The notes under the pieces are model-generated. The model was given only the letters and a program-made list of their open reading frames with translations. It was not told the origin of the DNA and did not search any database. From Polyangiales bacterium (GTDB lineage: Bacteria; Myxococcota_A; Polyangia; Polyangiales; Ga0077539): a stretch of DNA of 64,000 bases. The stretch lies in NCBI GenBank assembly GCA_044229975.1, contig JBGARZ010000001.1:64001-128000 (forward strand), read 5' to 3'. The translations under genes and the position numbers were made by a program. Positions 38,304-51,511 of the stretch are shown piece after piece (within the stretch, counting starts at the first letter, position 1; each line of letters opens with the position of its first letter).

Positions 38304-38765
38304 TCAGTGGTGCTCTTCAGCGTGACCGCCAGCCGGAGCGGCGGGTGCGGCCGGAACCTGGAGGCCACCCGGCGCCGCTGCGCCGGTGCGCTCCAGCACA
38401 TGAGCGCCGCTGTCGACGTCGACGCGGCCGCGGGTGCTGAGGTCGTCGTTGGAGAAGCTGATGAAGACGCCGAGGAAGACGAACGCGCCCACGAAGACGA
38501 GCGCGTTGAACGGCTTGTCGTGCGCGAGGTGCATGAAGAAGATCGACACGAGCGACGCCTTCATGGTGGCGACGAGCATCGCGACGAAGGTGTTGGCCGA
38601 GCCGAGGTCGACGTACGACACGGCGACGGTGACCACCGTGAGCACGATGAGCGCCGCGAAGATGGCGATGAGGAAGAAGGGCGACGAGACGTGCGCGTGC
38701 ACCTTGCCGTCGTCGTGCTCGTCGTGGCCGTGATCGGAGGCGTGGTCGTTGGTCGCGGTGCTCAT
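38304..38765 (-). CDS. ctaF: caa3-type cytochrome c oxidase subunit IV
   Basis: LIVLTVVTV and KASLVSIFFMHL. ATG overlaps the subunit III stop. Confidence 0.88.
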   Translation of the reverse strand: MSTATNDHASDHGHDEHDDGKVHAHVSSPFFLIAIFAALIVLTVVTVAVSYVDLGSANTFVAMLVATMKASLVSIFFMHLAHDKPFNALVFVGAFVFLGVFISFSNDDLSTRGRVDVDSGAHVLERTGAAAPGGLQVPAAPAAPAGGHAEEHH

Positions 38766-39484
38766 CAGCCCACCAGGTAGAGCAGGGGGAAGAGGTAGAT
38801 CCAGACGAGGTCGACGAGGTGCCAGTACAGCGCGCCGATCTCGACGGGGGTGAAGTGTTCCTTGGTGACCTTGCCGGCGAGGTTGCGGCGCAGGGCCCAG
38901 GCGAGCACGCCCATGCCGATGAGCACGTGCACGCCGTGAAGGCCCGTCATCATGAAGTACAGCGCGAAGAACATGTGCGCGCGGTACGGGAGCACGTGCC
39001 CGTGGTGGGCGTGCTGCGCGAGGTGCGCCGTGAAGTAGTGCCCCGGCAGCAGCCCGTCGTGGAACTTGTGCTGGTACTCGAAGAACTTGATGACGAGGAA
39101 GACGCACGCGCAGAGCAGGGTCACGATGATCCAGCGCGTGGTCCACTTGCGGTCACCCACCTGCGACTGGCGCACGGCGAGCGCGGCGGTGAGCGAGCTG
39201 AAGAGCAGGACCACCGTGTTGACGGCGCCCATGATCTTGTCGAGCCGCTCGTGCGCCTGGTGGAAGATGTCCGGCTCCTGACCCCGGAAGAGTCCGTAGG
39301 CCACGAAGAGCCCGCCGAACATCAGGATCTCGGTGCAGATGAAGATCCACATCCCGAACTTCGCGGAGTCGAACTGATGCGCGGGCGTGTCGAAGTGGTG
39401 CGCGAGAAACGGGTTGTGATGCCCGTCCCCGTGCCCGCCCGCGTGGGCGTCGTGCGAGGCCTCGGTGGTGGTGGCGCTGCTCAT
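38765..39484 (-). CDS. ctaE: Cytochrome c oxidase subunit III
   Basis: GMWIFICTEILMFGGLF, NTVVLLFSS, MTGLHGVHV and LYWHLVDLVW. Confidence 0.95.
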   Translation of the reverse strand: MSSATTTEASHDAHAGGHGDGHHNPFLAHHFDTPAHQFDSAKFGMWIFICTEILMFGGLFVAYGLFRGQEPDIFHQAHERLDKIMGAVNTVVLLFSSLTAALAVRQSQVGDRKWTTRWIIVTLLCACVFLVIKFFEYQHKFHDGLLPGHYFTAHLAQHAHHGHVLPYRAHMFFALYFMMTGLHGVHVLIGMGVLAWALRRNLAGKVTKEHFTPVEIGALYWHLVDLVWIYLFPLLYLVG

Positions 39485-39537
39485 CGGTGGTCTCTCTACG
39501 ATGGATCGTTACTGGCGGTCCGCGGGAGCGGTGCCGC

Positions 39538-41217
<1,680 letters not shown>

Positions 41218-41255
41218 ATGGGTTGCCTTGAAACTCCCTGGGGATTCCGTGGCGA

Positions 41256-42260
41256 TCAGCGCAGCGTACGGATGTAGGCGATCAGCGCGTCGAGCTGGAG
41301 GTCGGTGAGCGAGCCCTGGTAGGAGGGCATGATCGGATTGAAGCCACGCACCACCTGCGCGTTGGGCTCCAGGATGGAGCGGCGGATGTAGTTCTCGTCG
41401 GCCTCGACGGTGGTGCCGTCAGCCAGCGGAACCTGATGACCGAACACGTTCTGCCAGGTGGGACCGGTCATCGGAGTTCCATTGACCGAGTGGCAGGTGT
41501 TGCAGTTCTGCTGGGTGTAGAGGAGCTGTCCCCACTCCGCTGGCGTGAAGACGCGACCGTCAGGGTGGTTGGGCGCCCGCAGGATCGAAGGCAGCCACTC
41601 CTGCCAGCGGGCGTTGTCCACGATGTGGACCATGCCGTTCATGGAGAAGTGACCCGTCTCGGTGCGGCTACCGTCCGGGTTGACCACGGGCTCGTCGGCC
41701 GCGCCGCAGTACTCTGCACAGAAGAAGCGGGTGTCGCCGAGGTGCGTCGCGCGGAACCACAGCGTCTGGTACGAGCCGGGCACCGCGTCGCGCTTCACGC
41801 GGAAGGCCGGGATGTACATCGCGTGGAGCACGTCTTCCGACGAGATCACGAGGCGCACCGCGCGGTTGATGGGGACGAAGAGCTCGTTGGCCGTGTGGCC
41901 GCCGTTGGGGTACTCGAAGTCCCACGACCACTTGCGGGCGCGGACACGGATGTCCATCGCGTCGGTCGGCGGGGTGGTCAGCGCGACGTAGCCCTGGAAG
42001 CCCCAGTGGAAGAGCAACACCAGGAGGATGAGCGGGGAGACCGTCCACCCGAGTTCCATCACCAGGTTGTGCCCGGTGGGCTCGGACTTCACGCCCGGCA
42101 CGCGCTTGTACTTCACGACGAAGTACAACATCACCGCGACGATGCCCACGAAGAGGACGAGGCTCAGCCAGTAGATGAAATAGAACAGCCAGTCGTACAT
42201 CGGCCCGAAGGTCGACCACTGTCCTGGGAGCTGCATCGTCGGGTTCGGGTCGGTGTTCAT
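41256..42260 (-). CDS. ctaC: Cytochrome c oxidase subunit II with fused C-terminal cytochrome c (caa3 type)
   Basis: [23 protein letters not shown]...HFSM, heme motif CNTCH and axial MP. Confidence 0.95.
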   Translation of the reverse strand: MNTDPNPTMQLPGQWSTFGPMYDWLFYFIYWLSLVLFVGIVAVMLYFVVKYKRVPGVKSEPTGHNLVMELGWTVSPLILLVLLFHWGFQGYVALTTPPTDAMDIRVRARKWSWDFEYPNGGHTANELFVPINRAVRLVISSEDVLHAMYIPAFRVKRDAVPGSYQTLWFRATHLGDTRFFCAEYCGAADEPVVNPDGSRTETGHFSMNGMVHIVDNARWQEWLPSILRAPNHPDGRVFTPAEWGQLLYTQQNCNTCHSVNGTPMTGPTWQNVFGHQVPLADGTTVEADENYIRRSILEPNAQVVRGFNPIMPSYQGSLTDLQLDALIAYIRTLR

Positions 42261-42302
42261 CGCAGAAGCCTTCTCAGGTCTGTTCGAGCTGTCCGTTGAA
42301 AA

Positions 42303-43160
42303 TCAGGCCGCCGCGCTCGTGGGCGCCGCGGGCGGAGGCAGGTCGCCCGACCGACGGCGACGCTCCCGGTGCCACAGCACCGTGAGAAACGTCCCGAAGA
42401 TCAGCGCGGTAGCCGCGCCGCCGAGCCGCATCACCCGCATGGCCCAGAGCACGTAGCCCTGCCCCTGCGGGTCGTAGTGGTAGCAATAGAGAATCACGCG
42501 CTCGACGGTGCTGATGGAGCGTCCCTGCGACGCCTCCAGCAACCCCACGCGAATGTCCGTGGGCTGGTATTGGATGCCGTAGAGGTAACGAGCGATCTTG
42601 CCATCGGGCGTCGCCAGCATGGTCACCGCGGGGTGGCCGTACTGATCCTGCGCGGGCTCGTAGCGGTACTGGAAGCCCACCGCGTCGGCCACGCGGCGGA
42701 TCTGCGCCTCGGTGCCGGTGAGGAAGTGCCAGCCCCGCGCGCCCGTCGGACGGTTGTACGCAGCGAGCACGCGACCGCGACGCTCACGGGCGATGGCCGG
42801 GGTCTCGCGCGGGTCGATGCTGATGGTGACCGCGTCGAACTCCTGGCCCACGCTCCACGGCGTCTCCGAGAGGCCGCGCACTACGGCGTTGAGCACCATG
42901 TTGCAGAGCATCGCGCAGCGCGAGTAGGCGAGGTTGAGCACCACCGGGCGGCGCCCGTCGAAGTACTGCCCGAGGCGCACCGGGTGGCCGTCCTGGTCGA
43001 CGAAGGTCGCATCACCCGGGAGCTGCGCGTTGAGGTGCTCGACGACGCCGAGATCGCGCATCGCCCGCGGGAGCACGTTGACCTGCGCGTCGGCGCCCCG
43101 CGAGGACATCGCGAGGGCCGCACACACGATCAACGAAGCTCTGGAGGCGCGGGCGATCAT
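42303..43160 (-). CDS. SCO1/SenC family copper chaperone
   Basis: CAMLC (CxxxC), WHFLTG, GHPA and a C-terminal TM. Confidence 0.9.
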   Translation of the reverse strand: MIARASRASLIVCAALAMSSRGADAQVNVLPRAMRDLGVVEHLNAQLPGDATFVDQDGHPVRLGQYFDGRRPVVLNLAYSRCAMLCNMVLNAVVRGLSETPWSVGQEFDAVTISIDPRETPAIARERRGRVLAAYNRPTGARGWHFLTGTEAQIRRVADAVGFQYRYEPAQDQYGHPAVTMLATPDGKIARYLYGIQYQPTDIRVGLLEASQGRSISTVERVILYCYHYDPQGQGYVLWAMRVMRLGGAATALIFGTFLTVLWHRERRRRSGDLPPPAAPTSAAA

Positions 43161-43167
43161 CGGTCTC

Positions 43168-43710
43168 TCAGTGCACCACGGGGGCCGCGGCCGGGGCCGC
43201 AGCGGGATGAGCAGCAGCGGGCGCCGCGACCGGAGCGGCCGCCGGAATCGGGGCAGGCGCCGCGGCCGGAGCGGGCGGGGGAACCGCGCCGGCCGGAGCG
43301 AGCGCGCCGGGGACGACGGGCACCGCCACGGGAGCGGGCTCCACGACCGCGGGAGCAGGCGCCGGAGGCGGACGCGGAACTTCGCGCTGGAGCAACGTCC
43401 AACCCTGGAGGGCGGCGACGTCGGTCGAGGGCGCCGGGGTGATGGAGCCGGGGCGCTCGCCGCGCGAGACCGTCGCGATGGCGGCGGACAGACCCGACAG
43501 ACGCCGGGCTTCCTCGTCGTGGACGCGCGACGCAGTGGCCACGTACGAGCCCTGCTGCATCATCGCGTCGATCTGCCGGTTGGCGTGGGTCTCGTACTGG
43601 GTGTTGAAGTACGACACGAAGAGCACCCGCAGCGCCACGAGCGTCCCGAGGGACAGCGCGGCGACGGTGAGGATGACCTTGATCGGTGGTTCGGTCTTGT
43701 CGACAGCCAT
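43168..43710 (-). CDS. Single-TM protein in the ActG position with Pro/Ala tail
   Basis: One TM, located between actF and SCO. Confidence 0.65.
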   Translation of the reverse strand: MAVDKTEPPIKVILTVAALSLGTLVALRVLFVSYFNTQYETHANRQIDAMMQQGSYVATASRVHDEEARRLSGLSAAIATVSRGERPGSITPAPSTDVAALQGWTLLQREVPRPPPAPAPAVVEPAPVAVPVVPGALAPAGAVPPPAPAAAPAPIPAAAPVAAPAAAHPAAAPAAAPVVH

Positions 43711-43727
43711 GACGCTCTACGTTCCTC

Positions 43728-45125
43728 TCAAGCGTTCTCGAAGCGGGACGAGCGGGCGAAGCGGGGGTCGCCCACCGGCACCACCGGGTGCTGGGTCATG
43801 CGGTAGAACACCGCCGCGAGGAAGGCACCGCCGACGCCGAGCAGGCACGCCGCGTCCATCCAGTGGGGAGCGAGCGCCTCGGGGAGGTGGGGCTCGACGT
43901 GCCGGATCTCGGCGTAGTTGGGCATGATCAGCCAGTACATCTCGACGATGTGCATGACGAAGAGGAGGCCCGCCGCGCCCGCCATCACCGTCTGCCCGAA
44001 GAGGCGCTTGGTGTTGCGCGACAGGAGCAGCAGGAAGGGCACCACGAAGTGCAGGAGCACGATGGCGAGGCTGACCGGCTTCCACGGACCGTCACTCCAC
44101 CGCAGGTGATAGAAGACCGTCTCCTCGGGGATGCTCGCGTACCAGATCAGGAAGAACTGGGAGAAGGACACATACGCCCAGAAGACGTTGAACCCGAAGA
44201 GCAGCTTGCCGAGGTCGTGGAAGTGCTCGGTGGTGATGGTCTTGCCCGAGACGCCGGAGGCCCGCATCGCGTAGCTCATCAACACGAGCATCGACAGGAT
44301 GGCGACCATCGTCGTCGCGAAGATCTGCACGCCGAAGATGGTCGAATACCAGTTGGGGAGCAGGGACATCAGCCAGTCGAAGGCCGCGAAGGTCGTCGTC
44401 AGCGCCAGGCCGAAGATCGACGCGGGCGCCATCGCCTGCGAGCTGTTGGTGAACTTCAGGTCCTTGGTGGCGTCCTGCGAGGTGCTGTTGCGAAACAGCT
44501 TCTGCGACAGGAAGGTCCAGAACACGAAGTAGATCAGCGCGCGGAACCAGAAGAAGTTGTGGCTGAGGTACCAGTTCTTCGAGGCCATGACCTCGGCGTG
44601 GAGCTGGTGCTCGATCTGCGACTGCGAGAGTCGCTGACCGGGCTCGTGGGCCGCGTGCTCGGCGCCGCCGCCGTGACCCTCGTTGGGGGCCGCGTGCTCG
44701 CCGTGACCCGCCGCGGGCGCGTCGTGCTCACCGTGAGCGGAAGGGTTCGCGGGCGCCTCGTGGGCGGCCGGGGCGTGATCCCACCAGGGGAGAACCTTCT
44801 CCAGGTTGGCGGCGATGGGGAGGAAGAGCAGCGCGAAGATGGGCAGCGCGCTCATGAAGAACTCGGCCGTGCGCCGCACCGTGACGCTCCACCCCGCGTT
44901 GACGAGGTGCTGGAGCAGCACGAAGAAGGTCGCCCCGATCGAGAGCGTCAGGAACACGGTGAACGCGAAGAGGTACGAGAACGTGAAGCGCTGCGCGTCC
45001 TGCGCGAAGCCCGCTCCCGCTCCCGCGAGCCCGAGCACTCCGGCTCCCGCGGCGATCTTCCAGGCACTCGCCCACCCCGTCCCGGTGACGCGGTAGTCGT
45101 TCTTGTCTTTCGTTTCGGCGCTCAC
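43728..45125 (-). CDS. actF: Alternative complex III subunit F
   Basis: GTG start overlapping the actE stop. AGWSVTVRR, DWLMSLLPNWYSTIFG, HDLGKLLF, WAYVSFSQFFLIWY and PEET. Confidence 0.9.
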   Translation of the reverse strand: MSAETKDKNDYRVTGTGWASAWKIAAGAGVLGLAGAGAGFAQDAQRFTFSYLFAFTVFLTLSIGATFFVLLQHLVNAGWSVTVRRTAEFFMSALPIFALLFLPIAANLEKVLPWWDHAPAAHEAPANPSAHGEHDAPAAGHGEHAAPNEGHGGGAEHAAHEPGQRLSQSQIEHQLHAEVMASKNWYLSHNFFWFRALIYFVFWTFLSQKLFRNSTSQDATKDLKFTNSSQAMAPASIFGLALTTTFAAFDWLMSLLPNWYSTIFGVQIFATTMVAILSMLVLMSYAMRASGVSGKTITTEHFHDLGKLLFGFNVFWAYVSFSQFFLIWYASIPEETVFYHLRWSDGPWKPVSLAIVLLHFVVPFLLLLSRNTKRLFGQTVMAGAAGLLFVMHIVEMYWLIMPNYAEIRHVEPHLPEALAPHWMDAACLLGVGGAFLAAVFYRMTQHPVVPVGDPRFARSSRFENA

Positions 45126-45793
45126 GGCGTGGCTCCGTTGCTGGTCTGCTGGCTGAGCTGGAGGGCACGCACGTACGCGACGATAGCCCAGCGGTCGGCC
45201 ACCGGGACCTGCGCGGCGTAGCCCGGCATGTTGCGGACGCCGTTGGAGATGGTGGCGAAGAGCTGGCCGTCCGGCACGTGACGGATGCGGTCGTCGTTGA
45301 GGTTGGCCGGCTGCGGGTACTGGTACCGCGGGCCGTCGGGACCCTGGCTGCGCAGCCACACGAGACCGCGGCCGTCTCCTGCTCCGCCGTGACAGGGGGT
45401 GCAGTAGATGCCGTAGCGCTGCTGACCGCGGGTCACCATCGCGGGGAGGCCGCCCGCCGCCTGCGTGACCCGATCGGGGATGGTCATCACATAGGTCGGG
45501 CTGTCGGCCTCGTGACCCTGCGTGACCTCGTCGTCGTCGAAGCCCTCGTCACGTCCGATGCTGCCATGCGCGTACTGCACATTGCCGCCGCCGGGGAAGC
45601 GCGAGACCGTGCCCTCGGGGGGCGTCCGCATCCCGCGGTGGTCGCTGTAGAACTCGCTGCGGGCCTGGGGGTTGACCCGCTGCTGGAAGTGCATGTTTCG
45701 GAGCAGGGTGATGGGGGGGTCGGTGGAGACCTCCCCGCGGCACCCCGCCACGAAGACCGCGAAGCCCGCGGCGATGAAGAGGGAGCGGCTCAC
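45122..45793 (-). CDS. actE: Alternative complex III subunit E (monoheme cytochrome c lipoprotein)
   Basis: Lipobox VAGC, MHFQQR, MRTPPEGTV, CTPCH, NMPGY and DRWAIVAYVRALQ. Confidence 0.92.
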   Translation of the reverse strand: MSRSLFIAAGFAVFVAGCRGEVSTDPPITLLRNMHFQQRVNPQARSEFYSDHRGMRTPPEGTVSRFPGGGNVQYAHGSIGRDEGFDDDEVTQGHEADSPTYVMTIPDRVTQAAGGLPAMVTRGQQRYGIYCTPCHGGAGDGRGLVWLRSQGPDGPRYQYPQPANLNDDRIRHVPDGQLFATISNGVRNMPGYAAQVPVADRWAIVAYVRALQLSQQTSNGATP

Positions 45794-46362
45794 GACGCGT
45801 TGTCCTCGATGATCTCGATGTGGTTGGGGTGCGTGCCTTCGAGCAGCTCGCGGGTGCGGGTCTCGTCGTACTTCGGGTCGGCGACCTCGACGCTCACGAA
45901 GAACTTGTCGTCCGTCGCGGCGCGGAAGCGGTCGCTCTCGAACACCGGGTGGTGGTGCCGCGGGAGCTTGTTGAGTCCGAGCATCCCGAAGACCGAACCG
46001 AGCGCCGAGAAGAGGATGGTGAGCTCGAAGCACACCGGCACGAAGCTCGGGATGGAGATGCCCGGCTTGCCACCCACGATGAGCGGATAGTCGATGCCGT
46101 TCATGTAGAGGATGATCGAGATGCCCGTGCTCAGGCCGCAGAGGGCCATGGTGAACACGATCCATCCGAGCCTGGAGTCGGGCATCCCCATCGCGCGGTC
46201 CATCCCGTGGACCGGAAAGGGGGTGTGCGTGTCGAAGTAGGTGAAGCCCGCGTCGCGCAGCTTCTCCGCGGCCTTAATGCACGCGCCGGGGGTGTCGTAC
46301 TCAGCGAGCACGAGCGTGGGCTTCCCGTCGGGGACGCTCAGGGTGGTGACTTCGACGGTCAT
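45790..46362 (-). CDS. actD: Alternative complex III subunit D (DUF3341)
   Basis: DTHTPFPVHG, YPLIVGGKP and FELTILF. Confidence 0.92.
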   Translation of the reverse strand: MTVEVTTLSVPDGKPTLVLAEYDTPGACIKAAEKLRDAGFTYFDTHTPFPVHGMDRAMGMPDSRLGWIVFTMALCGLSTGISIILYMNGIDYPLIVGGKPGISIPSFVPVCFELTILFSALGSVFGMLGLNKLPRHHHPVFESDRFRAATDDKFFVSVEVADPKYDETRTRELLEGTHPNHIEIIEDNAS

Positions 46363-46365
46363 GGC

Positions 46366-47799
46366 TCAGTGACCCTCCGCGCTGTGCGCGAGCTCGCCGT
46401 GGGCATCGCCCTCGTGCGCGTGATCGTGGTCGTCGTGGGGCACGCTGGCCGCCGGCAGGACGCTCTTCAACTCGGCGATGGCGATCATCGGGACCCACCG
46501 GAGGAAGAGCAGGAAGAGCGTGAAGAAGAGGCCCAGCGAGCCCATGTAGATCGCGATGTCCACGGGCGTCGGGTGGAAGTAACCCCACGAGCTCGGGATG
46601 AAGTCGCGGTGCAGCGACGTCACGATGATCACGAAGCGCTCGAACCACATGCCGATGTTGATGAAGATCGACACCACGAAGCTGAGCGGGATGTTGGTCC
46701 GCAGGCGCTTCGACCAGAAGAGCTGCGGCGAGATCACGTTGCAGGTGATCATGATCCAGTACGCCCAGGCGTACGGGCCGGTCGCGCGGTTGATGAAGAC
46801 GTACCGCTCGTAGGGGTTCCCCGAGTACCAGGCGATGAAGAACTCCATCGCGTACGCGTAGCCAACGAGCGAACCCGTCGCGAGCATGATCTTGTTCATC
46901 AGCTCGACGTGGGTCATCGTCACAAGGTCGGTGAGCTTGAACACCGAGCGCGCGATGAGGAGGAGGGTCATCACCATCGCGAAGCCGGAGAACACGGCGC
47001 CCGCCACAAAGTAGGGCGGGAAGATGGTGGTGTGCCAGCCGGGCTCGACCGAGGTGGCGAAGTCGAAGGACACCACCGAGTGCACCGAGAGCACGAGCGG
47101 CGTCGAGAGCGCCGCGAGGATCATGTAGGCGCGCTCGTAGTTCTGCCAGTGACGATTGGAGCCGCGCCAGCCGAGGGCGAGGAAGCCATACACCATGCGC
47201 CGGAGCTGGTTCTTCGCGCGGTCGCGGAGCGTCGCGAGGTCGGGGATGAGGCCGACGAACCAGAAGAGCGACGAGACGGTGAAGTAGGTGCCGACGGCGA
47301 AGATGTCCCAGAGCAGCGGGCTCTTGAAGTTGGGCCACATCGACATCTGGTTGGGGATCGGGAACATGTAGTACGCGTGCCAGACGCGACCCACGTGGAT
47401 GCCCGGGAAGATGAGGGCGCAGATGACCGCGAAGATGGTCATCGCCTCGGCGAAGCGGTTGATGCTCGTGCGCCACTTCTGGCGGAAGAGGAAGAGCACC
47501 GCCGAGATGAGCGTGCCGGCGTGGCCGATGCCGACCCACCACACGAAGTTGGTGATGTCCCAGGCCCAGCCGACGGGGGAGTTGTTGCCCCACACACCGA
47601 CGCCGCGCCAGAACAGGTACGCGATCGCCATGCCGAGCAGGCCGGTGAAGGAGACCGCGACGAGGAACGCGACCCACCAGCCCTTGGGGGCAGGGTTCTC
47701 GGTCACGCGGCTGACGGCCTCGGTGATGGACTTGAAGGTGCTCTTCGGGGCGACGAGGTCCTTCTCGCCGATCGCCTTGATGGGTGCGTCGAAGCTCAT
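46366..47799 (-). CDS. actC: Alternative complex III subunit C (NrfD/PsrC family)
   Basis: [52 protein letters not shown] and GMWFERF. Confidence 0.96.
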   Translation of the reverse strand: MSFDAPIKAIGEKDLVAPKSTFKSITEAVSRVTENPAPKGWWVAFLVAVSFTGLLGMAIAYLFWRGVGVWGNNSPVGWAWDITNFVWWVGIGHAGTLISAVLFLFRQKWRTSINRFAEAMTIFAVICALIFPGIHVGRVWHAYYMFPIPNQMSMWPNFKSPLLWDIFAVGTYFTVSSLFWFVGLIPDLATLRDRAKNQLRRMVYGFLALGWRGSNRHWQNYERAYMILAALSTPLVLSVHSVVSFDFATSVEPGWHTTIFPPYFVAGAVFSGFAMVMTLLLIARSVFKLTDLVTMTHVELMNKIMLATGSLVGYAYAMEFFIAWYSGNPYERYVFINRATGPYAWAYWIMITCNVISPQLFWSKRLRTNIPLSFVVSIFINIGMWFERFVIIVTSLHRDFIPSSWGYFHPTPVDIAIYMGSLGLFFTLFLLFLRWVPMIAIAELKSVLPAASVPHDDHDHAHEGDAHGELAHSAEGH

Positions 47800-50700
47800 C
47801 CGAGCATCTCCGGGTTCGGATTGCGGATCTTCGCGAGGTACAGGGTGCGCGGCTGCGTGCCGATCTCCCCGAGCAGCGCGTACCGCCGGTCGTTGCGCCG
47901 CATCTGCGAGATGCGGCTCTCAGGATCGTTGAGGTCACCGAAGACGATGCTGTCGGCCGGGCACGCCTGCTGGCACGCGGTCATCAGCTCGCCGTCGCGC
48001 ATCGGGCGGCCCGCGCCGTTGTTGGCCCGGTGCGACTCGATCTTCCGCCCCTGGATGCGCTGCACGCAGTAGGTGCACTTCTCCATCACGCCGCGGAAGC
48101 GAACCGTGACGTTGGGGTTCATCTGCATCCGCACGGTGTCGGGCGTGTCGGGGCTCTCGGGCTGGTAGACGCCGTCGTTGTGCCAGTTGAGGTAGTTGAA
48201 GCGCCGCACCTTGTAGGGGCAGTTGTTGGCGCAGTACCGCGTGCCGATGCAGCGGTTGTAGGCCATCTCGTTCAGCCCTTCGGGGCTGTGCACCGTCGCG
48301 TTGACCGGGCACACGTTCTCGCAGGGAGCCTCTTCACAGTGGACACACGCGAGCGGCTGGAAGGCCACCACCGGGTCGCTCGTCGCGTCGGCGTCGGTGT
48401 CACGTCCCTGCGAGCGCGGGCTCACGAAGTAGCGGTCGACGCGCAGCCAGTGCATCTCGCGACCGCGGGAGACCTGGTCCTTGCCCACCACCGGGATGTT
48501 GTTCTCCGACTGGCAGGCGGCCACGCAGGTGTTGCACCCGGTGCAGCTCGCGAGGTCGATGACCATGCCCCACTTGTGCCCGTGGCTGTAATCCACCTCG
48601 CGCCAGAGCGGCAGCGTGCGCGGCGTGGGCGAGCGGAGTGCCGCGAAGTTGGGCGTCTCCTGGTACTCCGCCAGCGTCGCCTCCAGCGCGATCGGGCGGC
48701 TCTCCATCCGATGGTGGTCCTGCGTCTGCGAGATGGCGTAGGTGCCGCCCGTCTTCGAGACGGCCACGCCGTCGGTAAACCAGAGCGCCGAGGTCGAGCG
48801 CAGCGGGTTCACATCGAAGCCGCGGTGGTTGCCCACGCGCCCGGCAGCGGTGCGACCCCAGCCCAGCGGGAGCCCGACGCTCCAGTCGGCCTGACCCGGA
48901 AACACCCAGGCCACGACCTCGACCGCCCGGTTGCCCTTGGAGAGGCGGATGAGGTCGCCGTTGGCGATACCGAGCGCCGTCGCCGTCGCGGGCGAGATGT
49001 ACGCCGCGTTGTCCCAGACGATCTTGGTGACCGGGTCGGGGAGCTCCTGGAGCCAAGCGTTGTTGGCGTGGCGCCCGTCGGCCATCTTGTTGTCGACGAG
49101 GAAGTTCACCTCGAGGTTGCTCTGCCCGATGGGCGAGCCCGCCTGCCGCGCGCTGATGCGCTGCGCGACCGCGGCGCCCAGGATCGCAGGAACCGTGGGA
49201 GCAGCCGCCCCCTCGGTGAGCACGCCGCGGTTGAGCGCGCGACGCCAGAGGCGGTTGAACACCACCGCCGGCACGGCCGCGCCGCGGTGGGTCTCCTGCA
49301 CGAGGTCGTGACCGCGCTGCGACGGCGCGTTGGCGAGGAGCGCGAGCAGCTCGATGTCCGAGCGGCCCTGGAAGAGCGGCTGGATGAGCGGCTGCTGGAT
49401 CGCCACGGTGCCGTCGAGCGACTGACCGTCGCCCCAGGTCTCGAGTTCGTGGGCGCGCGGACAATGCCAGGTGGCGCGCTCGGCGGTCTCGTCGCGGTGC
49501 GAGGAGAGCACGAAGCTCGTGGGCACGCGGGAGAGCTTCTCACCGAAGGCGAGGTCGCCCGGCGCGTCGTAGACGGGGTTGCCGCCGAGAATCACCAGGG
49601 TCTGCACCTGACCCGCGCCCATCGCCTCGGCGAGAGCGGCGAGGTCGGCGCCGTGCTCGGCCTCGTCGCGATCGGCGGGGGCCACGTAGCGAACGGTCTC
49701 GCCCGCGTTGCCGAGGGCCTGGTTGATCGCGTACGCGAGGGCGTGCACCGCCGGGGGCTGACGCTGACCGACGACCAGCGCCGAGGCGCCGCGGTGGCGC
49801 GCGAGATCGGCGGCGACGGCCTCGATCCACTTCGCGGGGACGCCCTGCGGGGCCTGCGCGTTGCGGACGGCGTTGGAGATCGCGCCGAGGTCGACCTGGT
49901 GCGCGCTCACGAGCCGCCCGGCGAGGGCGTGCAGGTAGAGCTCGACGTCGCGCGCCGGGAGGCGGAGGCGGTGGTCGGCGTTGGCGCCGGTGACCGAGTA
50001 GCTGGGCTCGACCACGTAGAGGCGGTTCATCTCCGCGCTCGGGTTGCGACCCTGCGAGAAGCCGCGCGTCGCGCGCACCGAGCCGCCCTCGGTCTTCAGG
50101 AAGTCGCAATCGAGGGAGACGATGATGCGCGCACGCTCGTAGGCCACGAGCGGGAGCGTCACCTGCCCGAAGGCCAGCCGCGCCCCCTCGCGGGCGTTGC
50201 TGTTGGAGACCGCGCTCCAGGTGTGGAAGCGCGCGTTGGGGAAGCGACGCGCGACGGCCTGCCGCATGCGGACGAAGGTCGGCGAGTTGGTCGGCTGCGC
50301 GAGCACCCGGAGGCCAGATCCACCATTGGCGCTCTGCGCGTCGAGGGCGGCGCGGAGAGCTCCCTCGAAGTCGGCGTAGCGCTTGTTGGTCAGGGCGGCG
50401 TCGACACGCTGCGCAGGCTGACGCGCGCGGTCGGGGTCGTACAGGTCGAGCACCGAGGCCTGGGCGAGCAGGTCGGTCTTGCCGCCGCTCGCGCTGTGGT
50501 CGGGGTTGCCCTCGATCTTGGTGGGGCGGCCCTCGTGGCTCTCGACGAGGAGGCCGAGGGACTCGCCCCGGCAGTCCATGGTCGTGGCGTAGTAGCTGGT
50601 GACGTTGACGGCCACGTCCTCGGGCATGCGCGAGTACGGGACGATCTTGTCGACCGGGCGGCGGCAGCCTTCGAGCGTGCCGAGCGCGACGGCCGCGCCC

Positions 50701-50891
50701 ATGAGGGTCATGAACCCGCGGCGCGACACACCATCCGAGAAGTCGAGCGCGCTTGCGGGAAACTCCGCGGCCAGGTGAGCCCGCGCGGCGGGGTCCTGAT
50801 CCTGCTGGAGGGTGAAGTCATCGAGGCTGGTCCAGTAGACCGCCGCGTCCGGCGCGGGTCCCTCGAACTCGTAAGGCTTGCGACGCGTCAT
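47796..50891 (-). CDS. actB: Alternative complex III subunit B (Tat-exported molybdopterin-oxidoreductase-like fold plus Fe-S domain)
   Basis: YWTSLD, Tat motif [33 protein letters not shown], and Fe-S motifs [37 protein letters not shown] and EKCTYC. Confidence 0.95.
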   Translation of the reverse strand: MTRRKPYEFEGPAPDAAVYWTSLDDFTLQQDQDPAARAHLAAEFPASALDFSDGVSRRGFMTLMGAAVALGTLEGCRRPVDKIVPYSRMPEDVAVNVTSYYATTMDCRGESLGLLVESHEGRPTKIEGNPDHSASGGKTDLLAQASVLDLYDPDRARQPAQRVDAALTNKRYADFEGALRAALDAQSANGGSGLRVLAQPTNSPTFVRMRQAVARRFPNARFHTWSAVSNSNAREGARLAFGQVTLPLVAYERARIIVSLDCDFLKTEGGSVRATRGFSQGRNPSAEMNRLYVVEPSYSVTGANADHRLRLPARDVELYLHALAGRLVSAHQVDLGAISNAVRNAQAPQGVPAKWIEAVAADLARHRGASALVVGQRQPPAVHALAYAINQALGNAGETVRYVAPADRDEAEHGADLAALAEAMGAGQVQTLVILGGNPVYDAPGDLAFGEKLSRVPTSFVLSSHRDETAERATWHCPRAHELETWGDGQSLDGTVAIQQPLIQPLFQGRSDIELLALLANAPSQRGHDLVQETHRGAAVPAVVFNRLWRRALNRGVLTEGAAAPTVPAILGAAVAQRISARQAGSPIGQSNLEVNFLVDNKMADGRHANNAWLQELPDPVTKIVWDNAAYISPATATALGIANGDLIRLSKGNRAVEVVAWVFPGQADWSVGLPLGWGRTAAGRVGNHRGFDVNPLRSTSALWFTDGVAVSKTGGTYAISQTQDHHRMESRPIALEATLAEYQETPNFAALRSPTPRTLPLWREVDYSHGHKWGMVIDLASCTGCNTCVAACQSENNIPVVGKDQVSRGREMHWLRVDRYFVSPRSQGRDTDADATSDPVVAFQPLACVHCEEAPCENVCPVNATVHSPEGLNEMAYNRCIGTRYCANNCPYKVRRFNYLNWHNDGVYQPESPDTPDTVRMQMNPNVTVRFRGVMEKCTYCVQRIQGRKIESHRANNGAGRPMRDGELMTACQQACPADSIVFGDLNDPESRISQMRRNDRRYALLGEIGTQPRTLYLAKIRNPNPEMLG

Positions 50892-51511
50892 CGGTGGCAC
50901 CCTGAGCAGGTCTGCGGGGGGTTGAGCGTGCGCGGGGGCTGCGCCGTCCCACTCAGACTCGGATTCATGTTCGTGATCTCGGTGAGCGGACGGATGTGCG
51001 GGCCCGGGTTGCGGTGGCACTCGATGCACCAGCCCATGCTCAGCGGCTCGTGCTGGCGCACGACCTCCATCTGATCGATGCGGCCGTGGCACTCGACGCA
51101 GCCGACGCCCGCCGTGACGTGCACGCTGTGATCGAAGTACGCGTGGTCGGGCAGGCGGTGCACGCGCGTCCACTCGATGGCGCGGCCGGTCTCCCAGCTC
51201 TCTCGCACCGGGGCGAGACGCGCGGAGGTGGTGCGCACCAGCGAGTGGCAGTTCATGCAGGTCTGCGTCGGCGGAATCATCGCGTGCGCGGCGCGCTCGA
51301 TGTTCGCGTGGCAGTAGCGGCAGTCCATGCCCATCTGCCCGGCGTGCAGCAGGTGGCTGTACGGCACGGGCTGGTGCGGCTGGTAACCGACCTGCGTGTT
51401 GCGCGGTGAGAAGTAGTACCAGACCAACCCCGTCACGACGCCGCCCAGGAGGGCCACGGTGACGGCCACGATGGCCGGCAGACGGTTGAGAGAGCGGGGG
51501 AAGATCTGCAT
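50888..51511 (-). CDS. actA: Alternative complex III subunit A (pentaheme cytochrome c)
   Basis: N-terminal TM and five CxxCH motifs (CRYCH, CMNCH, CVECH, CIECH, CSGCH). Confidence 0.95.
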   Translation of the reverse strand: MQIFPRSLNRLPAIVAVTVALLGGVVTGLVWYYFSPRNTQVGYQPHQPVPYSHLLHAGQMGMDCRYCHANIERAAHAMIPPTQTCMNCHSLVRTTSARLAPVRESWETGRAIEWTRVHRLPDHAYFDHSVHVTAGVGCVECHGRIDQMEVVRQHEPLSMGWCIECHRNPGPHIRPLTEITNMNPSLSGTAQPPRTLNPPQTCSGCHR

